A stretch of DNA of 64,000 bases from Neoechinorhynchus agilis (lineage: Eukaryota > Animalia > Acanthocephala): contig CM121342.1 of NCBI GenBank assembly GCA_051530055.1, forward strand, positions 6,988,864 to 7,052,863, read 5' to 3'. The first letter of the stretch is position 1. Every line of letters begins with the position of its first letter. Made by a program: the position numbers and the translations under genes. Below the pieces are notes generated by a model that did not search any database, was not told the DNA's origin, and worked only from the letters and a program-made list of their open reading frames with translations. Below, in pieces: positions 13,310 through 26,900 of the stretch.

Positions 13310-15725
13310 AAACTTATAATAATAACACGTTTTATTTGTTGATTCACAAAGAAGAGGAGCCAAGTACCTATGCGTCCTCATGAACACTCGAGTTCTGATT
13401 TGTAGAATGAATCTGGCTATCGATTTTGGCCTGGATTACGAGTCCGTTCGGGTGGGAAATGGTGGTTATTGTTAGTAGGAGCGTTTGGAAGGTTGGTCTT
13501 TCCTCAGGTTCATTTCAAGTTCTGATATCTGAAATCGACAACATTTTTGTATTCTATAAAAGGTGCTTCCACGCGATTATTGACCGTGGCACTCTAATAA
13601 TAACAGGTTTTATTTGTTGATTCACAAAGAAGAGGAGCCAAGTACCTATCTCATGAACACTCTGAATGAATCTGGCTATTGATTTTGGACTGGATTACGA
13701 GTCCGTTGGTGGGAAATGGTGGTTATTGTTTGTAGGAGCGCTTGAAACGTTGGTCGTTCCTCAGGTTCATTTCAGGTTCTGATATCCGAAATCGACAACA
13801 TTTTTGTATTCCATAAAAGGTGCTTCCACGCGATTATTGACTATGGCACTGTAATAATAACACGTTTTATTTGTTGATTCACAAAGAAGAGGAGCCAAGT
13901 CTCCCTTTTGGGTCCTCATGAACACTCGAATTAATCTTGCTATCGACTTTGGACTGGATTACGAATCCGTTCGGGTGGGAAATGGTGGTTAATGTTTGTA
14001 GGAGCGCTTGGAAGGTTGGTCTTTCCTCAGGTTCTGATATCCGAAATCGACAACATTTTTTGTATTCCATAAAAGGTGCTTCCACGCGATTATTGACCGT
14101 GGCACTGTAATAATAACACGTTTTATTTGTTGATTCACAAAGAAGAGGAGCCAAGTCCCTTTGGGTCCTCATGAACACTCGAGATTATGAATCTGGCTAT
14201 TGATTTTGGACTGGATTACGAGTCCGTTCGGGTGGGAAATGGTGGTTATTGTTTGTAGGAGCGCTTGGAAGGTTGGTCTTTCCTCAGGTTCATTTCAGGT
14301 TCTGATATCCGAAATCGACAACATTTTTGTATTCCATAAAAGGTGCTTCCACGCGATTATTGACTATGGCACTGTAATAATAACACGTTTTATTTGTTGA
14401 TTCACAAAGAAGAGGAGCCAAGTCTCCCTTTTGGGTCCTCATGAACACTCGAATGAATCTGGCTATTGATTTTGGACTGGATTACGAATCCGTTCGGGTG
14501 GGAAATGGTGGTTATTGTTTGTAGGAGCGCTTGGAAGGTTGGTCTTTCCTCAGGTTCATTTCAAGTTCTGATATCTGAAATCGACAACATTTTTGTATTC
14601 CATAAAAGGTGCTTCCACGCGATTATTGACGGTGGCAGTAATAATAACACGTTTTATTTGTTGATTCACAAAGAGGAAGAGGAGCCAAGTCTCCCTTTGG
14701 GTCCTCATGAACACTCGAATTAATCTTGCTATCGATTTTGGACTGGATTACGAATCCGTTCGGGTGGGAAATGGTGGTTATTGTTTGTAGGAGCGCTTGG
14801 AAGGTTGGTCTTTCCTCAGGTTCATTTCAGGTTCTGATATCCGAAATCGACAACATTTTTGTATTCCATAAAAGGTGCTTCCACGCGATTATTGACCGTG
14901 GCACTGTAATAATAACACGTTTTATTTGTTGATTCACAAAGAGGAAGAGGAGCCAAGTCTCCCTTTGGGCCCTCATGAACACTCGAATGAATCTGGCTAT
15001 TGATTTTGGACTGGATTACGAATCCGTTCGGGTGGGAAATGGTGGTTATTGTTTGTAGGAGCGTTTGGAAGGTTGGTCTTTCCTCAGGTTCATTTCAAGT
15101 TCTGATATCTGAAATCGACAACATTTTTGTATTCCATAAAAGGTGCTTCCACGCGATTATTGACGGTGGCACTATAATAATAACACGTTTTATTTGTTGA
15201 TTCACAAAGAGGAAGAGGAGCCAAGTCTCCCTTTTGGGTCCTCATGAACACTCGAATTAATCTTGCTATCGATTTTGGACTGGATTACGAATCCGTTCGG
15301 ATGGGAAATGGTGGTTATTGTTTTTGTAGGAGCGTTTGGAAGGTTGGTCTTTCCTCAGGTTCATTTCAGGTTCTGATATCCGAAATCGACAACATTTTTG
15401 TATTCTATAAAAGGTGCTTCTACGCGATTATTGACTATGGCACTGTAATAATAACAGGTTTTATTTGTTGATTCACAAAGAAGAAGAGAAGCCAAGTACC
15501 TCTGCGTCTTCTTAAGCACTCGAATGAATCTGGCTATTGATTTTGGAGTGGATTACGAGTCCGTTCGGGTGGGAAAGCTGGTGTTTATTGTTTGCAGGAG
15601 AGTTTGTGAGGTTAAGTCTTTCCTCAATTTCATTTCAGGTCTCGATATCCGAGAAGATTGGACAGTATAGCATAATGAGCGGAGGTAATAATAACACGTT
15701 TATTTGTTGGTTAACAAACTAAAGA
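13310..15725. repeat. Tandem array, about 255-280 bp unit, 9-10 copies
   Basis: gattcacaaaga at about 13341, 13620, 13876, 14131, 14399, 14663, 14932, 15200 and 15470. Confidence 0.97.
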
Positions 15726-16410
15726 ACCCATGAATTTTGCAAATTTTAGAAGCTCTTCTTTATGAAACGTTTTAAGGCGACGGATTTGTGATTTTGACAG
15801 GTTGCAAAAGACGGCTTTATCGTAGGTGATATGACGAGTAAAATAAAGCTTTAGTGAAATTTAGAGAGAAAGGGACTACAAAATGTCGGAGGCGTTTGAG
15901 AATTGTGAAGGTATTTTGCACTTGAGGGAAAGTGAAATGTGCGAATCCAATTTCATGTATGATTAAATTTTTTCTGGGTACTCAATTTCAGTCAATCCGA
16001 TCGCCCAAGAATTCCGCACAACACTGATAGATTTTTCGCTTGTGGACCGATTCAACATTTAGACCAAACAATGACTTTAAATTGCTCATTTTAAGACAAG
16101 CAATCGCATTTCTTATTTTCCACATCGATCCAGGAATTGTTATTATCGGCCAAAAGGAGCGTAGGAATTTAAGGCACTGTTTCCTGCAATGTCCCAATAA
16201 CTCCGGACAATACTGATAGATTCGTCACTTTTAGTCCTAGAGGCGTAATTATTTCGTTAGATCGTGGAAGGGTGAGAAATCGCGATTAATTTATTGATTA
16301 CCTTTGGAACTTTTAGACCTGATCAATTAATCACTAGACAAAAAACCAACACCTTTTATTTTTCGTCCGATTAAGTTCAATGTGAACATTAACGTTTCTT
16401 CCGTTTCCAA

Positions 16411-16573
16411 TGACGTCAAGAGATTCACTTTTAGCGAAGAACGCGTTTTCGGAGCTCATGGACGTTTCCAAATGAATGTATGGGTTTTATCGTTTAAGTT
16501 TGTCGTGACGTCGTCTGTGTTATATTTTATGACAAGTTGCGTCCGTCGTCGCTTATCATTTATTTAATGACGT
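16411..16573. promoter_or_regulatory. Cluster of bZIP (CRE/ATF/XBP1-like) TGACGT motifs, candidate EDEM2 promoter
   Basis: TGACGTCA at 16411-16418, TGACGT at 16506 and 16568, upstream of the first agatATGttta copy at 17002. EDEM-family genes are ER-stress related. Function is inferred. Confidence 0.35.
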
Positions 16574-17012
16574 AGAAAAATTGAAATGAATTTATCGTAG
16601 GGTCGGGATCAAACGATCCCATTTTGATCATATCGAGAGAAAAATCCATCGGGATGTTAAATGTGGAGCTCGAAATATTTCAGAAGAATAAAATGATTTT
16701 TTCACCACAAATCAATATCCCATTTTGTTTCACTGCGTGCCAAAATGGTAGCGTTGTCAATGGCCATTAAGTGGTCCTGTGGGGAGAAATGGTTAAGTAT
16801 TGCAGAACGGGCCGAAATCAATCGGCAGTTTTAAAAATAAAATCATTTCAATTTTTCTACGCGCCAGAAAACAACCAATGTGAACAGTTCAATACTCTCG
16901 CTTATCGACGTTGACGAGGAAGAGGCGGCTCAACGCTTTTGTGTACGTTTATATACACTCTTTTGCCGCAAAAGTCTTTTCTTCTCCCCCATCTCACTTT
17001 CAGATATGTTTA

Positions 17013-19782
17013 GAATTATTGTTTAGAAGTCTTCATCCGCGGTAAATGATTTCTTTTCGATTAAAAAGGCCTTTCGTTGTTTGTTAGTAATAGACACTAA
17101 CAAGCAAACTGGTCCACAGAACGTCTTTTTAATCGAAAAGAAATCATTCACCGCGAATGAAGACTTCTAAACAATAATTCCAATAATCACATTCCCCCGG
17201 TACCTCACATATCGTCATTTCTTGGAATTATTGTTTAGGTCTACACCCGGTAATCCGACGAGGTCCACAGAACGTCTTTTTAATCGAAAAGAAATCATTC
17301 ACCGCGAATGAAGACTTCTAAACAATAATTCCAATAATCACATTCCCCCGGTACCTCACATATCGTCATTTCTTGGAATTATTGTTTAGGTCTACACCCG
17401 GTAATCCGACGAGGTCCACAGAACGTCTTTTTAATCGAAAAGAAATCATTCACCGCGAATGAAGACTTCTAAACAATAATTCCAATAATCACATTCCCCC
17501 GGTACCTCACATATCGTCATTTCTTGGAATTATTGTTTAGGTCTACACCCGGTAATCCGACGAGGTCCACAGAACGTCTTTTAATCGAAAAGAAATCATT
17601 CACCGCGAATGAAGACTTCTAAACAATAATTCCAATAATCACATTCCCCCGGTACCTCACATATCGTCATTTCTTGGAATTATTGTTTAGGTCTACACCC
17701 GGTAATCCGACGAGGTCCACAGAACGTCTTTAATCGAAAAGAAATCATTCACCGCGAATGAAGACTTCTAAACAATAATTCCAATAATCACATTCCCCCG
17801 GTACCTCACATATCGTCATTTCTTGGAATTATTGTTTAGGTCTACACCCGGTAATCCGACGAGGTCCACAACGTCTTTTTAATCGAAAAGAAATCATTCA
17901 CCGCGAATGAAGACTTCTAAACAATAATTCCAATAATCACATTCCCCCGGTACCTCACATATCGTCATTTCTTGGAATTATTGTTTAGGTCTACACCCGG
18001 TAATCCGACGAGGTCCACAGAACGTCTTTTTAATCGAAAAGAAATCATTCACCGCGAATGAAGACTTCTAAACAATAATTCCAATAATCACATTCCCCCG
18101 GTACCTCACATATCGTCATTTCTTGGAATTATTGTTTAGGTCTACACCCGGTAATCCGACGAGGTCCACAGAACGTCTTTTTAATCGAAAAGAAATCATT
18201 CACCGCGAATGAAGACTTCTAAACAATAATTCCAATAATCACATTCCCCCGGTACCTCACATATCGTCATTTCTTGGAATTATTGTTTAGGTCTACACCC
18301 GGTAATCCGACGAGGTCCACAGAACGTCTTTTTAATCGAAAAGAAATCATTCACCGCGAATGAAGACTTCTAAACAATAATTCCAATAATCACATTCCCC
18401 CGGTACCTCACATATCGTCATTTCTTGGAATTATTGTTTAGGTCTACACCCGGTAATCCGACGAGGTCCACAGAACGTCTTTTTAATCGAAAAGAAATCA
18501 TTCACCGCGAATGAAGACTTCTAAACAATAATTCCAATAATCACATTCCCCCGGTACCTCACATATCGTCATTTCTTGGAATTATTGTTTAGGTCTACAC
18601 CCGGTAATCCGACGAGGTCCACAGAACGTCTTTTTAATCGAAAAGAAATCATTCACCGCGAATGAAGACTTCTAAACAATAATTCCAATAATCACATTCC
18701 CCCGGTACCTCACATATCGTCATTTCTTGGAATTATTGTTTAGGTCTACACCCGGTAATCCGACGAGGTCCACAGAACGTCTTTTTAATCGAAAAGAAAT
18801 CATTCACCGCGAATGAAGACTTCTAAACAATAATTCCAATAATCACATTCCCCCGGTACCTCACATATCGTCATTTCTTGGAATTATTGTTTAGGTCTAC
18901 ACCCGGTAATCCGACGAGGTCCACAGAACGTCTTTTTAATCGAAAAGAAATCATTCACCGCGAATGAAGACTTCTAAACAATAATTCCAATAATCACATT
19001 CCCCCGGTACCTCACATATCGTCATTTCTTGGAATTATTGTTTAGGTCTACACCCGGTAATCCGACGAGGTCCACAGAACGTCTTTTTAATCGAAAAGAA
19101 ATCATTCACCGCGAATGAAGACTTCTAAACAATAATTCCAATAATCACATTCCCGGTACCTCACATATCGTCATTTCTTGGAATTATTGTTTAGGTCTAC
19201 ACCCGGTAATCCGACGAGGTCCACAGAACGTCTTTTTAATCGAAAAGAAATCATTCACCGCGAATGAAGACTTCTAAACAATAATTCCAATAATCACATT
19301 CCCCCGGTACCTCACATATCGTCATTTCTTGGAATTATTGTTTAGGTCTACACCCGGTAATCCGACGAGGTCCACAGAACGTCTTTTTAATCGAAAAGAA
19401 ATCATTCACCGCGAATGAAGACTTCTAAACAATAATTCCAATAATCACATTCCCCCGGTACCTCACATATCGTCATTTCTTGGAATTATTGTTTAGGTCT
19501 ACACCCGGTAATCCGACGAGGTCCACAGAACGTCTTTTTAATCGAAAAGAAATCATTCACCGCGAATGAAGACTTCTAAACAATAATTCCAATAATCACA
19601 TTCCCCCGGTACCTCACATATCGTCATTTCTTGGAATTATTGTTTAGGTCTGCACCCGGTAATCCGACGAGGTCCACAGAACGTCTTTTTAATCGAAAAG
19701 AAATCATTTACCGTGAATGAAGACTTCTAAACAATAATGCGAATAATCACATTCCCCCTGTACCTCACATATCGACATTTTT
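17013..19782. repeat. Tandem array, 151-bp unit, about 18 copies; each unit is a TIR-bounded mini-element plus a 38-bp spacer; inverted 60-bp arm at the left end
   Basis: ggtccacagaacg at 17111, 17262, 17413 through 19671; 17-bp perfect inverted repeat ctaaacaataattccaa / ttggaattattgtttag in each unit; 17013-17070 is the reverse complement of part of the unit. Confidence 0.97.
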
Positions 19783-19786
19783 AGAT

Positions 19787-21655
19787 ATGTTTATTTTCGT
19801 CGTATTATTGATTGCCAGTCCGATTTCACATTGCACATACAAAATCACTGAAAATGACGCTGAGAGATTTCGGTATTTTTCGAATTCGGTAACTATTTTT
19901 TTTGTTAACCACTTCAAACATAGGGACCGGGTACGTGTAATGTTCGACCACGCCTACTCAAGTTACATGAACAATGCATATCCAAAAGATGAGTTATGCC
20001 CGTTGAGCTGCACTGGAACAGATACTTTTGGAGGGTACAATTTTTAAAAAATTCTTAACGTTTTTATTAGATTTAAAAAAAGATATTCATTGACATTGAT
20101 AGACTCTTTGGATACTCTTTTTGTGATGGGAAAATGTAATGAATTCCAGGATGCCTATACGAAAGCACTGAACGTTAACTTCGATAAAGATGTTAACGTT
20201 TCCGTATTCGAAACCAATATCCGCGGTTTGTATAAAATTCGTTTCACTGAATTGTATTTAAAATCGATTGACCAGGCAGTGGTCGGTGGATTGCTTGCTG
20301 GACACATGGTCGCTCCTTATTGTGGAGTTAACGAGTCAACTCAATGGCCATGTAAAGGACGAATGCTTGACCAAGCTAGACGTGTAGCCGATAAACTTAT
20401 TTTAGGTTCGAAGATATTTTATATGTTCTTTTAGTAATCATTCTATTTAGCATTTGATACTCCAACTGGAATGCCTATAGGCACCGTTAATCTTCTAACG
20501 GGTGTCCCAAAAGGCGAAACCGACGAGGCGTCAACTGCTGGAGTTGGCTCGTTTATTGTTGAATTCGGAGCTTTATCTCGATTAACTGGCGATAATAGCT
20601 ATCTTAATGCTGCGAGACGTGCTCTTGATTCTTTATGGATGTATCGATCACATATTGACCTTGTCGGAAATCATGTAAATGTCACTAATGGACATTGGAC
20701 GGATTCTTTGTTTACAATCGGAGCAGCCGTGGATTCGTATCTTGAATATCTCCTCAAAGGATCTATACTTCTTGATGACCAAGAATTAAGGCGTAGGTTC
20801 GACGGTGAGTTTTAGTTATGTATTTTCTTCTTGAAAATACAATTAGTTCATCTTGATGCGATTAAACGGTACGCCAAATTGGACAATTATCATATTTATG
20901 TCTCGTCAAAAACCGGATCGCCTTCTTATGGACTCTTTCACTCATTAGATGCGTTCTTTCCTGGAATGTTGGCTCTGGCACGAAAAGACATCTCCAGCGC
21001 ATATGATATTCTGTTCACAAATCATCAGCTCTGGCTTCAGTATGGCGGTCTCCCTGAACACTATGATGTTTTCGCTAGAAAACCTCTTAAAACTGGTCTA
21101 AATTATCCACTGAGGCCTGAACATATTGAAAGTACAATGTATTTATTCAGAATGGCTAAATTAATTGAAGCCAACAACGATAATGAAGTCCAAACAGCGA
21201 ATCTTAAAAATGCGCTGATGAGAATAGGCGTCGACTTTCTCACGTCCATTGAGTCACAATTCAAGACTCAGTGTGGATTCGCTGGGGTGAGTTAAAAAAA
21301 ACACATCAAAAACGAATTTCTGTTTTTTGACAGGCAATGGATATTAGAACTAATCGTCTGATCGATCGAATGGAATCTTTTTTCCTTGCTGAAACTCTTA
21401 AATATCTTTACCTTGTTTTTGATACGGACAACGTTATATTTATCGGACAAAATCATTCCTTTACTGCTGCTTCCAACCTTTGCCCAGGTAAAAGATATTC
21501 TGTTTCTAAAACCGAAACCCTTATTCAGTTAGATAAATTAAGGTAACAACTTCACAACTGGAGGAAGGTATTTGTTCAATACTGAGGGGCATCTTTTTGA
21601 TAAAAGTCTAACGGACTGTTGTTCTGTATTTTATACAAATGTATCTTCTGTTTAA
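19787..21655 (+). CDS. EDEM2: ER degradation-enhancing alpha-mannosidase-like 2 (GH47). Exons 19787-19872, 19924-20034, 20083-20225, 20280-20405, 20451-20804, 20847-21286, 21334-21487, 21543-21655
   Basis: Signal peptide; MFDHAYSSYMNNAYPKDELCPLSC, YSLTLIDSLDTL, FETNIRVVGGLL, GAAVDSYLEYL, YPLRPEHIES, RMESFFLAETLKYLYL, YLFNTEGH; seven GT-AG introns of 42-55 nt give a continuous frame. Confidence 0.95.
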
Positions 21656-21724
21656 GAAGTTTGATTGATTGAAGAACGGGTCCATCACTAATATTTCAGC
21701 CGTTGCTCTTCCACATCCAAAAGT

Positions 21725-22020
21725 GACGCCGGCTATTATTTATTTATTATCGAGGCCTCATACACTTTGTTGTCAGTGACATCTTCTCTTGAGAGCTTCG
21801 TCTATATTCCTTTGGGAACCTTTCGGCTGACTTGCACACATCGGAAGCGCTCAGCCGCACTCGAAGGAACAGGGCCAACCCCCTTTGGGGCCGATGGCCG
21901 ATCTCAAAACCTGACCCCACTCCTTCCAGCAGCCTCGTATACCAGTGGAACCCAGCGACCGGTGGCGTTGAACCAGCGACATTCGCACACCACACGGCCA
22001 CTGGGCCCCACGCCGGTTGT
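21725..22020 (-). mobile_element. tRNA-derived SINE with a shortened head and A-rich tail
   Basis: Minus strand reads gtggccgtgtgg (A-box-like), then gtcgctggttcaacgcc (T-arm/B-box GTTCRANNC), a GC-rich body and an ataataaataaataata tail. Confidence 0.55.
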
Positions 22021-22155
22021 CAAACCACTTTTTTTAATTATGTGCATATTTGAACTTATGGTTATTTAGGTGCTTGGTTGTATTCGTCATTTCATGCCGT
22101 TTGTACCGTTATGTTCGTGTACATAAGCGCAAGTGCCTTCCTTTTTTATATTCGT

Positions 22156-23433
22156 ACATCCCTTCGTCCCATCTCTATCTTCTCACCTTTCTCTAAAATC
22201 TTAGAAATTTTTTTTAAAACCCGCTTACTTCCCTTCTTCCTCAAAAACATCTCCCCTTCCCAATTCGCTTTCCGTCCCAATTACTCTTGTTCTGATGCCC
22301 TCCTCTGCATCTACGATACGCTTGTGCACAGCTTAGATTCCAGTCCAGAATCAATCGTCCGTCTCGTGCAACTGGATATTTCCAGGGCGTTACCATGTGC
22401 TTCCTTTGGCCTCCCTACTTGGCAACTCGCTTGGATTTCCTCTTTCCTCTCCAACCGCAAACAATATATTAAATGTGGAATTTCTTGCTCCTCTTCTCTA
22501 CCCATATTTAAAGGGGTCCCCCAAGGCGCCGTACTTTCCCCTCTCATCTTTGACATTTTTCCAAATGACCTTCATCCCCTCACTCCCCCTACCAAATATT
22601 TTCTTTATGCCGGTGACCTCACAGTCATTACCATCGCATCTCTCCCTCTCCACTACCATAGACGAGCACAACTATCTCATTTCCTCGCTCTCCACCCTAA
22701 ACCTCTCCTTAAATTTATCTAAATCTTTTGAGCTTGTCCCCCACATTTCCAAACGCAACCTTATCCCCGCGCCTCCCTCTCCCCATCCAACGCTCCTCTT
22801 CTCTTCGAATACTGGGCGTGATTTTACAAGAAAACCTTTAATGGGATGCCCACATTTCATTTACCCTCTCAAAAGCAAACCCTCGTCTTTACCTTCTCAA
22901 ACTCCTCCGGCGTCTCGGCGTTTCCCCTTAGCACCTTGCCCATTTTTATCTTTCTGCCATCCTTCCTATCCTTACATACGATTTCCCCACTTTCCTCTCC
23001 CTCTCCGTCAATGCTCTCCATTCCCTCGAAACCTTCCACAAGAGAGCAGCTAGAATATTCGGGACTTGACTCCCTCCCCTCGACGCCCACCTCCACTCCA
23101 TTTTCTCCAAAAACGCCATCCGTCCACTTCAACCCCCTCCACAATTTTCTTCCCTCTTCTCTGCTCTTCCCTAGTAAACACTCGGAACCCCAACCTTTTT
23201 CATCCTCCCATCGCTCGTACCTCCCTCAACCAAAAATCTTTCTTTCCTCAAGCCCAATCTTTCCTTAACAACCGGAGAACAAGGAAAGACTCCTAATCTG
23301 CCATTCTCCTGTAAAACTCCAAAGACAAACCCCACCTTCCTTGCCTCAACATCCGACATCCAGACACCTTCAGCAAAGATAGATGCTGGCAAGTGTATGG
23401 ATCGTTCTTTTCTTAAATTAATAGAACGTGTTT
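22156..23433 (+). mobile_element. 5'-truncated APE-type LINE (L2/CR1-like) RT fragment, degenerate
   Basis: LRPISIFSPFSKILE, QFAFRPNYS, LDISRA, GVPQGAVLSPLIF, FLYAGDL; frameshifts; near-identical to 54045-55190. Confidence 0.9.
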
Positions 23434-23547
23434 TATATACTTTTTGTTTATTTGTTGTTGTACCCACAATTCTACTCGTTTGCGTGCACAGATAACGCAG
23501 ATTTGTAATTGCTTTGTGTTTTTCGCGTTCATCCTCGTGAGTGCGTT

Positions 23548-23580
23548 GTGTTTGTTGTTGTTGTTGTTGTTGCTGTGTTG
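23548..23580. repeat. (TTG)n microsatellite
   Basis: tgtttgttgttgttgttgttgttgctgtgttg. Confidence 0.85.
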
Positions 23581-23964
23581 TACATTTTTGTATCTATTCA
23601 TGTGTATCTATATAATGTACACGGTTGCTAGTATATTGGTATCCGTACACAAGTGTACATTGTGTTTATTGAGGTATTTTGCAGTTGCCTAGTTCACGAT
23701 TGTATTTATCTTCGTTTAGTGTGACCATAATATCATTTTATGCTCAAATCCGTGAGTTCATTTGGTGTCTTTTTGATTTTATCTCCTTTTCACTGGTTAA
23801 TGTGCGAATACTCAAGTGTGTTGTATTGTTTTTTGTGCGCAATGGTTTACATTTGTTTTATTTTACCACCTTATGTTTTAATGATTACATTTTCGTGATT
23901 GCAAAGTCTATTTGTCGGTCTCCGATTCCTGATTGCTTACTTTTTTCATCAATTATTCCTTCAG

Positions 23965-26900
23965 ATGGCACTTTTATTTAAGTTGGTTAGTCGACCTTTG
24001 AGTAACATTGAAGAACTGAATGCCTTTCATTCTGATGCGAGTAAGCACCTACACTTACCGAAGACTATAAAACTCAGAAAACGGAATCGTCCGGCGAACA
24101 AATCGAATGTACTATTTTGCCATGATATGAAAGGAGGTTATGTGCACGATAAATACGCACAAGGTGGTCGCTTTCATTCCGATGTTTATACCGTACTCAA
24201 CTGGGAATGTATTGATTATTTCGTATATTTTTCTCACAACTTTTGCACTATTCCCCCGATTCAATGGATAAATAATTGCCATGCGAATGGTATTCCGATT
24301 CTGGGAACTATTATTACCGAAGTTTATAATTCCGAATCTACTCGTTGTTTTGAAGAGATGTTTTCCATTGAAGGAAATCCGTATTGGTTAGCGATGTTAT
24401 TTACAGCGTTGGCGGAGTATGTTGGATTCGACGGATATTTATTAAATTTTGAGAACAGCCTTGCAGGCTATCGATATGACGAAGTTGTGCGACGAATAGA
24501 AAAGATCTGTTTGTTTGTTGAGTTTCTGAAATCTTTTTTAGAGCGTTTGAATGATGAAGATCAATTATGTGCATTCGCGTTGCTGGGAATTCTTTGTGTC
24601 CTCGAACTTTTTCTTTCACTAATATAAAAAGCAATTATTTTATTATTGCTTTAACGTGATTTCCCAATTTAGCTTGTTTCGTTGTTTCGTCTTCATAGCA
24701 TTGTGAATGTTCAGAATGGAGGAAAACCCAATCCGTGTGATATGGTATGACTCTATTCGTGCGGATAATGGTAATCTTCATCACCAAAATAAGCTCAATT
24801 TCCTTAATTATCGTTTCTATAAATTAAGCGATGCATTTTTCACCAACTATAATTGGAACAGTTCATGTATAAACTGTTGCCTTAATCACTGTGACCTTAC
24901 CCCTCAGCGTGTGTTTATGGGCGTAGATGTGTTTGGTCGAGGAGCGAGTCCAAATAACTTTTGTAAACTCGGTTTGGGTTACGGAGCAGCTTCACTCGTA
25001 AGCATGGCCTCAAGTTCTCGACTTAGTTGTGCACTATTCGCTCCTGGTTGGGTTATGGAATGCAATGACGAGAAGGATTTTCTAATGAATCAATCGCTAT
25101 TTATCAGTCAATTGAACGAAGCCATTGATGTTAAGAGTTCTACGATTTTTGACGAGGATTACTTTTGTACTAGTTTCTCTAGTGGACGTGGTCGTATGTT
25201 CTGTGTAAATGGAGTGCCCTTAGCAAATACTAAAAATGGATTCTCATGTCTTTCATTGGCAACCTTTATTCCCGTAACGGACGCTTATGTCGTTGCAATC
25301 TGTGATGAAGAAAAGGCTTATTACGGCGGATCATCCCTAAAAATCGTGGATTTTTCCACTTCATCGGGCGGATTTGTATGCGCAATCGTTAACGGAATTA
25401 AGTTTGCAATCAAAAGTCAACTTGAATATGAAGTACTGATTGCTTATGACGGTAACTACGAAGTCGATTTTGCATTGAACTATTGCGAAAATATTCCGGG
25501 AAATTTTGGTGGTTCGTGATTTTGTCAAAGTTCAAGTGTTTCACTGACTTGTCGCATAATCTCTTGGTTTCATCGTAACGTTTTTGACTTAGAACTGATG
25601 TTTATGAGTAGTTAATATGAATTTTGTGTTTTTTAAGAACATCCAGGATCATTAATATTCCGTTCTTGCTAATTCAATTTTTTTCCAGTCGATTGATATT
25701 TGGGTAATAATGAACAAGGATGTTTGTCTCAAAATTGAAAGACGAATAACTCAAGAACCATGGCAGATATTGCGAATCTGAAAACAGATTTGGAATCTGC
25801 TCGTTGAGACGTACCAAATGAACATATAGTGGAACTTTGATTATCCGAACGAATGCTGTCCTACTCAATTACTGTTTCTCAAAGGAATCAGAGACCTTGC
25901 AGCGAAAAAAGCGTGCAATGACGCAGAGAAAAATAAGTGATTATTTTCCGACCAAAAAGCTAAAATTATGTAATTATGCCCGAATTTTAAAAAAAAACTT
26001 AATACGCATCACATCGGGGGTTTTGGGTTATTCTAAACAGATTTCGTATCCGAGTGATGTTCGATCTCAATTTGCTCCCACATGAACGTCGTTCTACTTT
26101 ATTTAATTTTTAGAACAAAAATCTCCATCTAAGATAATTATAAAGAAATGTTTTCCGATCTTGTCAAAGAAAACGAATTTATAGGGTTTTTTGGGGTAAT
26201 GGAACCATCGATAATCCAAAACGTTAATTTTATCCCGATTGCTGTTCGTTTCGTTGCTAGAAGAAGATCAAATAAGTGATTATTTTCCGACCGAAAAGCT
26301 AATTTTATGATATTTATAGTCGATTTAAAAAACTTAATACACATCACATTGGGGTTTTTGGATTATTCTAAACAGATTTCGTATCCGAGTGATGTCCGAT
26401 CTCAATTTGCTCCCACATAAACGTCGTTCTGCTTTATTTAATTTTTAGAACAAAAATCTCCATCTAAGATTTTTATAATGAAATGTTTTCCGATCTTGTC
26501 AAAGAAAACGAATTTATAGGGTTTTTTGGGGGTGTTTCTTAAAGTTAAATACAATGGAACCATCGATAATCCTAAACGTTAATTTTATCCCGATTGCTGT
26601 TCGTTTCGTTGCTAGAAGAAGATCAAATAAGTGATTATTTTCCGACCGAAAAGCTCTCGCCCGAATTTTAAGAACTTTGATATTTATAGTCGATTTAAAA
26701 AACTTAATACACATCACATTGGGGGTTTTGGGTTATTCTAAACAGATTTCGTATCCGAGTGATGTCCGATCTCAATTTGCTCCCACATAAACGTCGTTCT
26801 GCTTTATTTAATTTTTAGAACAAAAATCTCCATCTAAGATTTTTATAATGAAATGTTTTCCGATCTTGTCAAAGAAAACGAATTTATAGGGTTTTTTGGG

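Noticed and set aside
6060-15722. Many 60-105 aa ORFs repeated in the ORF track (also at 26.1-27.1, 32.1-33.1 and 39.8-41.5 kb)
   Set aside because: They are by-products of tandem units whose lengths vary and break frame; no protein homology apart from the CRE relic.
17111-19782. CRISPR-like array (palindromic repeat plus spacer)
   Set aside because: The spacers are identical, the context is eukaryotic and there are no cas genes; it is a satellite.
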